Source: Longimicrobiales bacterium
GTDB taxonomy: Bacteria; Gemmatimonadota; Gemmatimonadetes; Longimicrobiales; Gaopeijiaceae
Length of the DNA stretch: 64,000 nucleotides
Direction: 5' to 3'
Assembly (NCBI GenBank): GCA_965238005.1
Contig: OZ250165.1
Span: forward strand, 768,001-832,000
In this document: positions 40,686 through 48,431 of the stretch, piece by piece
Layout: every line of letters begins with the position of its first letter
Position numbering within the stretch: position 1 is the first letter of the stretch
Position numbers and translations under genes: made by a program
Notes under the pieces: model-generated
The model's database searches: none
What the model was told of the DNA's origin: nothing
Seen by the model: the letters and a program-made list of their open reading frames with translations, nothing else

Positions 40686-41623
40686 CAGCTCCGATAGACA
40701 TTGATGATCTGTTCGAGCGGCGCATTATCTATCCGGACTGCGAGGCGCGTGAACGTCTGGCGGCACTCGTGGGACTGGACAGTCACAAGGCGCGACTGAC
40801 GAAAATCTTGGGCCTCCTGGTCAATCCAGCCGGTCTATCTGAATGGGCAGAGAGATTTCATCCAGGTGCCGAAAGTGTGTTGAGTACGGTCCTCACGAGA
40901 CCACCTCTCGTCGTTCTTACCGGTGATGTGGGATCCGGCAAGACGGCACTCGCTGAAACGATCAGCGATGCCGTCGCCCGCCAGGAAAACATAGAGATCA
41001 CACTGTTCCCTCTAAGCCTCTCGACACGCGGCCAGGGTCATGTAGGCGAGATGACTCAGCTACTGTCTGCCGCTTTCGACCACACGATCGATGAGGCGAA
41101 GAAGCTCAAAGACAGACGCGGAGGAAAGTCACGCGGGGCAGTCATTCTACTGGTGGATGAGGCCGATGCGTTGGCCCAATCCCGTGAGGCAACGCAGATG
41201 CATCACGAAGATCGGGCCGGCGTGAACGCGTTCATTCGAGGGGTTGATCGACTTGGAAGTGGCGAGCTCCCGGCGGCAGTCATTATGTGCACGAATCGAG
41301 CGGGCGCTTTCGACCCAGCCGTTTGCCGCCGTGCAGCAGACATTCTGACCTTTACACGGCCAAATGACGACCAACGCCGTGCGGTATTGGCGACACCGCT
41401 TGAGCAACTTGGTCTTTTACCTCCACAGATCTACGCAATTGTGGCGGCCACCGGTAGGCGGGAAAATGTCCGTTATGGCTTCACGTATTCCGATCTTACA
41501 CAGCGGCTGTTACCTACGGTAGTGTTGGACGCTTATCCGGACCGGTCCGTGAATCCAGATAGGGCCTTGGAAATCACCCGCGCCATGGCGCCAACCGCAC
41601 CGTTTCGCGATGAGATATCATGA
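40682..41623 (+). CDS. cap6: CBASS TRIP13/Pch2-like AAA+ ATPase
   Basis: GDVGSGKT, LLVDEAD, MCTNR, RRAAD; GTGA overlap with the HORMA stop. Confidence 0.92.
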   Translation: MTAPIDIDDLFERRIIYPDCEARERLAALVGLDSHKARLTKILGLLVNPAGLSEWAERFHPGAESVLSTVLTRPPLVVLTGDVGSGKTALAETISDAVARQENIEITLFPLSLSTRGQGHVGEMTQLLSAAFDHTIDEAKKLKDRRGGKSRGAVILLVDEADALAQSREATQMHHEDRAGVNAFIRGVDRLGSGELPAAVIMCTNRAGAFDPAVCRRAADILTFTRPNDDQRRAVLATPLEQLGLLPPQIYAIVAATGRRENVRYGFTYSDLTQRLLPTVVLDAYPDRSVNPDRALEITRAMAPTAPFRDEIS

Positions 41624-42234
41624 GTGAATGCGCAAGTCACTCGCCGACCTGCTCCTAGACTTCAAAGCGTTCGAGCCGGAGCGCCGTCCAGCTCATGGCG
41701 TTAAGGAGAGTAGACCGATGCCGACTCCGACGTTGTCCGTAGCACCAAGCGGTCAGGGGCCAACTGGCATGCCCACTCGCAGGTAGGATGGGCACGTGAT
41801 TTACGGAGAATATCTTCGGGTATTGTCCGGAGACTGGCACGCCCGGGCCAAGATCCTGCGTCGATATGGGGGCCGAACACCGGCCTTTGCCCTTGAGGGT
41901 CTGCCGCAGCGGAGCTCGAAACAGCCCTACGCCAGAGAGGCAACACGATTCTCATCCTGACCGAGCCAGCCAGGGAAAGCGCCTACCTCCGGCGACCATC
42001 TGGGGTACTCGGTGCGGAAGGGCAAGATTCCGAACGCCGAGAGGCCCGGCACACCCACTATTGCTTTGAGAGAACTTGCGCCGTGCAGATCGTGAAGTCC
42101 ATCGGCGAGAAGGGGCATGATGATGGCGAGCACGAAACGACGCCAGCCAAACTATAGCACTGGGCGAATGGGGCCGGGACCGGGTACAACCCAGGGCGGG
42201 CCTGACCAGATCGAGTGGGCGTGAGAACGGTTCA

Positions 42235-42672
42235 ATGGGTAGACTCAGCCCGGTGATTTTTTTGCAGCAGTCGCAGAAGTTCTTGGAGGCATCCGAGCGG
42301 GAGTTCAACAATGCCGGATCTTCGATCCCGATCCCCGGCTACTTTCTGGCTAGTCGTGCACTGGAGCTTGCCCTCAAGAGCTTCCTTCTCCTTCACGTGA
42401 ATCGCACCGAGCACCAGCTACGAGAGATCGGGCATGACCTAGATCGCGGGCTGGACGCGGCCTGTGAACTAGGGCTGGGTGACCTGGTGGACATCGAGGA
42501 CCGGGACCGGGCGGTGATTTCCGGCCTGAACCGGTATTATGTCAGCAAGGATCTGGAGTACGTGAAGACGGGCTACAAGAGTTATCCGGACCCACAGGTC
42601 ATGCTCACCACGGTTCGCTGCCTCCTCGATGGGATTACACCGGCAGTTTGCAGGTGGCTCCCGCACGACTAA
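42235..42672 (+). CDS. HEPN-like protein
   Basis: FLEAS...YFLASRALELALKSFL...GHDL pattern; no clear RxxxxH motif. Confidence 0.55.
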   Translation: MGRLSPVIFLQQSQKFLEASEREFNNAGSSIPIPGYFLASRALELALKSFLLLHVNRTEHQLREIGHDLDRGLDAACELGLGDLVDIEDRDRAVISGLNRYYVSKDLEYVKTGYKSYPDPQVMLTTVRCLLDGITPAVCRWLPHD

Positions 42673-42693
42673 GCAGGACCTCTCGCCGTCGCA

Positions 42694-43449
42694 TCAACTG
42701 TGCTCCCGTAATTCGCTGCTCCAGATGTCGAGGTCCATGGCCAACGCCGTGGCGAGAGGCTGGAGCTTGCGGATCAGTGCCATGAAGAAACCGACGAGCG
42801 CCGTGTCGGCGTCGTAGAAGATCAAGTCTCTCTCGGTATGGTCGACTTCGAATGCGCCGTGGGACATGGCGAGGCCAAGATCGAGACGGTGCTTGCCGGT
42901 CAGCCCCGACAGCGCATCACGGAACGAATCGCCAAACGGCTCCGCCCAGCCGGAGGTCAGGGCAAGGATCCCGCCCAGGATCTCCTGCTTTCTCGGGTCC
43001 TTTCCCGCGTACTTACCTACGTTTGTCCAGATAGAACCTGACGTTCGATGCAGGGCGCGCACGGATGCGACCTTCTCGCCCGTCTGTTTAAGCGTCTCCT
43101 TAGAGACGTCCTGTTTCGCGTCGAAGACAGCGTAGACGCTTTCGGCCGGAACGAAGCACGACGTCCCTGCCTGGAAGAGAAATGGGGAGTACTGCGCGTC
43201 GTGGATGATGACGTCGATCTGACCGGAGATCCCATTCCGGTGGTCGAGCACGAAGCCGGTGTTGACGGAGTATCGGCGCGGGAGGTAAGCGGCCAACATT
43301 TCGCGCCAGCGAAGCTCTGCCGCCGCGCCCTTCTCGCCCTCATGGGGCATGACACGCCGGTTGGCAGACAGCGCGGACAGCATCTCTTCCTGCTTCGCGA
43401 GCATGAAATCGTGGATCGTTGGGCGTGGATCCAGCTCTTCAATCGTCAT
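42694..43449 (-). CDS. nucC: NucC-like cyclic-oligonucleotide-activated endonuclease
   Basis: H.GEKG...E..W...L..YLP.RY, QIDVII.D.QYSPF, PAESVYAVFDAKQ, KVASVR.LHRTS, ILGGIL, RLDLG...HG; GGAG RBS before ATG 43449. Confidence 0.88.
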   Translation of the reverse strand: MTIEELDPRPTIHDFMLAKQEEMLSALSANRRVMPHEGEKGAAAELRWREMLAAYLPRRYSVNTGFVLDHRNGISGQIDVIIHDAQYSPFLFQAGTSCFVPAESVYAVFDAKQDVSKETLKQTGEKVASVRALHRTSGSIWTNVGKYAGKDPRKQEILGGILALTSGWAEPFGDSFRDALSGLTGKHRLDLGLAMSHGAFEVDHTERDLIFYDADTALVGFFMALIRKLQPLATALAMDLDIWSSELREHS

Positions 43450-44206
43450 CACTCTTCTCCACCGGTGGGCTTGCCACCGACCCAACCTCACAGATGCGCG
43501 CGTGGTCGCGGTCATGGCCTGACCCGCTGGACTACGACGGGAACATCCAGTCGCGCAGGTTCGTCGGCATGGTGTCGCTGTTGGCCCGGTGCCGCGCGAG
43601 GATGGTGCCGACCTGGCGCGTGACGCGTATTCCCAACGGCACTCTCGCTTTCGTGACCTAATTTGGCATTTCGTTCTCGTAATTGTCAAAGCCGGAAGCC
43701 TAGCTACTTCGCCATTTTTCCCCTTCTGAGGAGGACGAGGCCTGAAGGATGGGCAAGGTAGTCGGCTTCGCCACCCGCACGGGGACGGTGGCGATATTGC
43801 TCGTCGCTCTGCTCCGGGAGGCATATCCGCGCCAGTAGTCCCAAGATCGCCGTGCTTGCTCGGCCTAGGCGTCTTGGCCGATCACGAGCAAAGGCCATCG
43901 CTGGTTCGTGCAGTTCTGTAGCAGCTGAGGATCCCGTTGGCGGACCAGATCCAGATCCGCCGCAGCCGACCGAACGATTTCGAGCCGACGGGAGGATCCT
44001 CCAAGTTGAGGATTGGCTGCGTGCCAAGGGGGGCCCTCCCGTCTATGGCCGCGTGCTGCGGCCAGCCGCGAGATCGTGCTAGTGGAGTGGGCCACCGTTC
44101 ACGGCGATGTCCGGTCCCTCAGCGAGTTGCTGATCTGAAAGCCGGGCTGCGGACGTTTCGCGGGGTCGTCGCTTGCCCGGAGGCCGCGAGATAGCCGACC
44201 ACCACC

Positions 44207-44247
44207 TGGTGCTTCATCCGCTCCGGCGGGATCGTCCACTCCCGTGC
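44207..44247 (-). pseudogene. tiny P4-like integrase fragment
   Basis: AREWTIPPERMKH matches WTVPAKRMK of the two intact integrases. Confidence 0.45.
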
Positions 44248-44340
44248 CGTGGGCTTGCCAAAGAAGAGAACGCGCCACCTTCATACGCAATGACAGTGTG
44301 TCCTTCGCCGCTCGACGGGCTTCCTCGTCTCCTCGACGAC

Positions 44341-44833
44341 TGTCAATGGCCACGGAAAACTGCACACTTCTGGCCATTGAAAAGTGCACACTTTGGGGGA
44401 GCCCGCGCGGAGGGAGCGGAGCGACCGGAGCGGGGGCTCCCGATGGAGTCGGGACACCCGTCATGACGCTGCTCCCCCGATCTCCGCGTGCTCTGCGGAG
44501 ATGGCCCGGGAGGCGGTCGGGTGGATGGCCTTGGAGAGTTCCATGTGGCGTCGCATACCGGTAGCTGTTACCCCGGATGTTGACGATGTGGCAGCGGTGG
44601 AGCACCCGGTCGAGCAGCGCGGCGGCCATGACCTCGTCGTGCAGGGTGTCTCCCCACTGCTCGAAGCCCTTGTTGGAGGTGAGCACGGTCGAAGCGTGCT
44701 CGTAGCGCCGGTTGACGAGCTGGAAGAACAGGATGGCGCCGCTCCTGGTGACCGGGAGGTAGCCGATCTCGTCGACGACCAGGAGTGCGGGGTGGGTGAG
44801 GGTCTTCAGCCGATGGTTGAGCCGACCGGCCGC
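44341..44833 (-). mobile_element. istB: IS21-family remnant (istB 3' half and right end)
   Basis: LLVVDEIGY...LFFQLVNRRYE...LTSNK.F..WG...ALLDRVLH...I.GNSYR; terminus TGTCAATGGCCA with tandem TGCACACTT repeats. Confidence 0.88.
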
Positions 44834-44858
44834 CTCGGCAGAGTGCGGATAATGTGAT

Positions 44859-45255
44859 TCACGGCAAGTAATCGTCTAAGTTCAACTGGGACTGCACGAT
44901 CTGCCGCACTTGCCGCTTTGAGGACATCTGATTCCGCCGCACTGAAATAGCGGGGAAACGGTATCAAAAGGCGGGAGTCCCGGCTCCGCGCTGTTCAGTG
45001 TGGGCAATCCGCCAGCGGGTGTCAGCATGAGGTCCGGTGCCTATCCGCTCCGAGCGAAGCCGTCCGGGTTGGAGCGGAATCGGTGGACGGCTTGGCCTGG
45101 AACAGGTGGACGGCTTGGCTCGGAATGAGTGGACGACTTCGTCGGAATAGGCAAACTTGGCATAACCCGTCGCGGTAAACCCCGCCTGTTTCGATCCGCG
45201 CCCCCCGCGCGGGGCGGGGCGACGGCATCAAGGGGTTGAACGTCACGCTTATCAG
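44859..45255 (+). repeat. 397-bp direct repeat, copy 2 (includes I-C-like repeat at 45188-45223)
   Basis: Matches 26949-27345. Confidence 0.95.
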
Positions 45256-45361
45256 GCTCGGCACAGATGATATGATTCACGGTAGAGTCGAGGACTGGCG
45301 CGCCGACGTTAGGGTCCGGTGGCTATTCCGTCGCTTTCGCTCCGGGCCTCAGACCGGCTCC

Positions 45362-45663
45362 TGGCGTGACCCCCTGAAACGAGACCAGCGCGAATGTTAG
45401 GATCTGGCACTGGTCGCAAGATCAGGAGGAGGTCACAAATGAGCAGGAGAAGGCACACGCCGGAGCAGATCATCACGGCACTGAGGGAGGCCGAGGTAGG
45501 TCTGGCGAACGGCAAGACGGTGGCAATGGTGAGCCGTGAGCTCGGGATCAGCGAGCAAACGTACTACCGGTGGCGGAAGGAGTTTGGGGGGATGAAGGTG
45601 GATCAGGCCCGGCGGCTGAAGGAACTGGAGCGAGAGAACGGGCACCTGAAGCGGGCGGTGGCG
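45362..45663 (+). mobile_element. second IS3-family isoform: left end and truncated orfA
   Basis: TGGCGTGACCCCCTGAAACGAGACCAG; MSRRRHTPEQII... from 45439 to LKRAVA. Confidence 0.88.
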
Positions 45664-47008
45664 AGTGCCGGGCCGCGTTCGAGAAGAGGTTGTTGAGCAC
45701 CTGGACGATGCGCTCGCGGTCGGCCATCACCCGCGGGAGGTCCGGCGGGAGGTCGATGACGACGGCGTGCCGTCCGCCCCCGCTCAGAAAGGTGGTCCGG
45801 GCCCGATCCACGAGCGCGGCGACGCTGGAGGGCTCGGGCGCGCTGGAGGGCTCGGGCGCGATGGTGAGCGTGCCCGCCTCGATGCTCCCGGCGTCGAGGA
45901 GGTTCGCGATGAGGCCCCTCATGTGGTCCGCCTGCCCGTCGATGATGCGGAAGAACTGGAGCAGCTCGGCCTGGGGCGGGACGGGGGAGGCACCGAGCAC
46001 GGTCGCCGTCGAGCCCTTGATCGAGGTGAGCGGCGCGCGGAGCTCGTGGCTCACCATCCCGAGAAACTCCGCCCGCTGCCGCTCGAGGTCGTCGAGCGGC
46101 GCCAGGTCCTGAACGGTGGTGACGACCGACACGAGTTCCCCCTCCTCCGAGCGGATCGGGGTGACGTTCAGGAGCGTCCGGACGCTCCGCCCGTCGGGCA
46201 CCGATAGGACGACCTCCTCGGCGCGCATCGTCGTGGCGCCCTCGAGGTGCCACGCGAGGGGAAACTCCTCGAGGGAGTGCTCCCGCCCGTCGGCGTGCCT
46301 GCACGTCAACACCTCGAAAAGGTGCTCGGTCGGGCGGCCCGGGGTGCGGAGCCCCTCGGCGATCCGCCGCGCCTCGCGGTTGAACAGGACCGGGCGACCG
46401 GTGGCAGCGTCGAAGACCCCGACCCCGACCGGCGAGGTCTCGACCAGAGCCTCGAGGTCGGCCCGCGCCCGCTCGACGTCGCGGTGCGTCCTCGCGTTCG
46501 CGATCGCCGTCCCCGCCTGCGAGGCGAAGAGCAGCAGGATCTCCTCGTCCTCGGCGGTGAACGCCTCGCCGTTCTCCTTGTCGCCCAGGAAAAAGTTCCC
46601 CAGATGCTCGCGCCGGTGGTGCATCGGGGTCCCCTGCAGCGTCTTCGAGCTCGAAGGGTTCGAGAGGCCGAGCGAGCGAAGGTAGCCGGGGAGGTCCGCC
46701 ACCCGGAGCGGCGCCGGAAGGTCCCTCAGGTGCTCGAAGAGCCAAGGCCCGTCGGGCCAGTCCATCAGATTCCGGCGCTCGTCCGGCGTCATGCCGGAGG
46801 TGACGACGTCCTGCACCCGTCCCCGGTCGTCGACGGTCGTGATCATGCTCTGACGGGCGCTCGTGAGCGCGCGGGCGCTGTCGACGACCTCCTCAAGCAC
46901 CGTGGCCAGGTCGAGGCTCTGGCTGATGCGCAGGATCGCCGCGCTCAGCCGCGAGATGCGGTTGTCGGAAGGCCTGCTCCCGTGCCCCGCAAGCTCTCCA
47001 TCGCTCAA
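45664..47008 (-). pseudogene. GAF-PAS histidine kinase truncated in the HATPase domain
   Basis: FTAEDEE..LLFASQAG.AI.NA GAF; PAS; VSHELRAPLTSIKG H-box; ends just after N-box QVLNNLFSNAARHS at the IS3 junction; 18-bp tandem duplication 45823-45858. Confidence 0.88.
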
Positions 47009-47157
47009 TGTTCCACTCCCGCTGCGGGGTGAGGCGGAGCCGGCCGGGCTCCGCAGCGGAGTGGAGGATAGCGCGTTTCCGGGGGACAGTCACGAACGGG
47101 CCATGAGACTCGCCCGTAAGTCACAATAAGCTTACTAACAATCGGTTAGCTTCCCGT

Positions 47158-47191
47158 TTTACTCGCGATAACTGTAGTTATCAGGAGTAAA
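47158..47191 (+). other. loxP-like recombination site L
   Basis: TTTACTCGCGATA-ACTGTAGT-TATCAGGAGTAAA (13-8-13; arms 11/13 complementary). Confidence 0.85.
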
Positions 47192-47236
47192 CGCCGCAAG
47201 AAATTGTGACCTGCGGGCCGTGCGGTCTCCCGGGGC

Positions 47237-48200
47237 TCATCGGCGTTTCTGGAGGCGTGCGAGCTGGGCGGCGCCGTTGCGCTTGGCGAGGAGCCGCCCG
47301 CCGTATAGCTGCACCATCGAGGCGCTCTTCCAGCGTCCGGCCTGCATGATGGCGGGGATCCCGATCCCCGATGCGACCATGTCCTGAGCGGCCCCCACCC
47401 GGGGGCTGTGCCCGGAGATCCGGCGCACCATCTCGGCGGGGAGCCCGGCGCGTTCGGCCATCGCCCGGTAGATGCGCGGCACCTGGCTCGCATCGAGGCT
47501 CTCGCCCACGGTGCCGTCTTTGTGGAGCGAACGGAAGAGCGGCCCGGCGGCGATCCCGCTCGCGCACAGCCACTCCCGCACCAGCTTCACGGTGTCGAAG
47601 TGCAGGTACAGCATCGCACCGCCGCCCTCCGGATCGCTCTTCGCGCGGCGTACGAGGAGCGAGGCCGATCCTCCCCTATCTATCGTCACATCAGCTACTT
47701 GCAGCGCGACCAGCTCCGAGCGGCGGAGCATGGCGTCGTAGGCGACGGCGAGCATCGCACGGTTCCGCACGTCGATGGTCCGGTCGCCGCCGGCCGACGT
47801 CAGGCGTCGGCGGAGTTTCCAGGTCAGACCCTGCACCTGCGTCTGGCGGGCCCCCCTCCGCCGGCGCATGCGCTGTAGGGCCCGCTGCACCGCGGCGCGC
47901 TCAAGCGGGCTCCGTTCCCCGGCCGCCTTGTGCATGGCGGCGATGCTGAATACGTAGCGGCGCACGGTGGCCGGGGCGCGGACGCCCGCCATCGCATCGA
48001 CGTACGCCGCCACCGTGGCCGCGCGCGCGGGGAAGCGGAGAGAGTCCCCGCTCCGCGCACCATGCCGCGAACCCTTCCAGGTCCGCTCGGAGGGCCCGGA
48101 CGGTGTTCCCGCTGAGGGCGCCGGCGGCGTCCTGCAGGCACGCAGCGAGCCGTTCTCCGATTTGTGACCGCCTTGTGGTGGGACCTGTAGGGCCGGACAC
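47237..48200 (-). CDS. Cre-like tyrosine recombinase (frameshift near 48030)
   Basis: AYDAMLRRSEL, AKSD, SGHSPRVGAAQDM, IMQAGRW, MVQLY closely follow the Cre catalytic motifs; SAM-like N-terminus NTVRALRADL..FAAWC in another frame; one extra C in the run at 48029-48032. Confidence 0.88.
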
Positions 48201-48258
48201 GACTACTGGGCCGAAATCGGCATAAGTGACTCCTCTACAACGATATACGTCAAAACGT

Positions 48259-48292
48259 TTTACTCCCGATAACTACAGTTATCGGGAGCAAA
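48259..48292 (-). other. loxP-like recombination site R (inverted relative to L)
   Basis: TTTACTCCCGATA-ACTACAGT-TATCGGGAGCAAA; spacer is the exact reverse complement of the site L spacer. Confidence 0.85.
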
Positions 48293-48431
48293 AACGGCGT
48301 CGCGGCACCAAGTGGCAAGGGACAGGCCTTCACGGCGAGAGCGAGCAAGAGCGCCATGCGGTCGTCCGGGCGCACGGGAAACCGGCCCCGCGTTGCGGAG
48401 GTCGCCAACACGACAAGGGAGACGAACAGCA

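Noticed and set aside
43450..43824. N-terminal extension of NucC in the 376-aa ORF call
   Set aside because: RBS and homology start at ATG 43449; upstream translation is not protein-like
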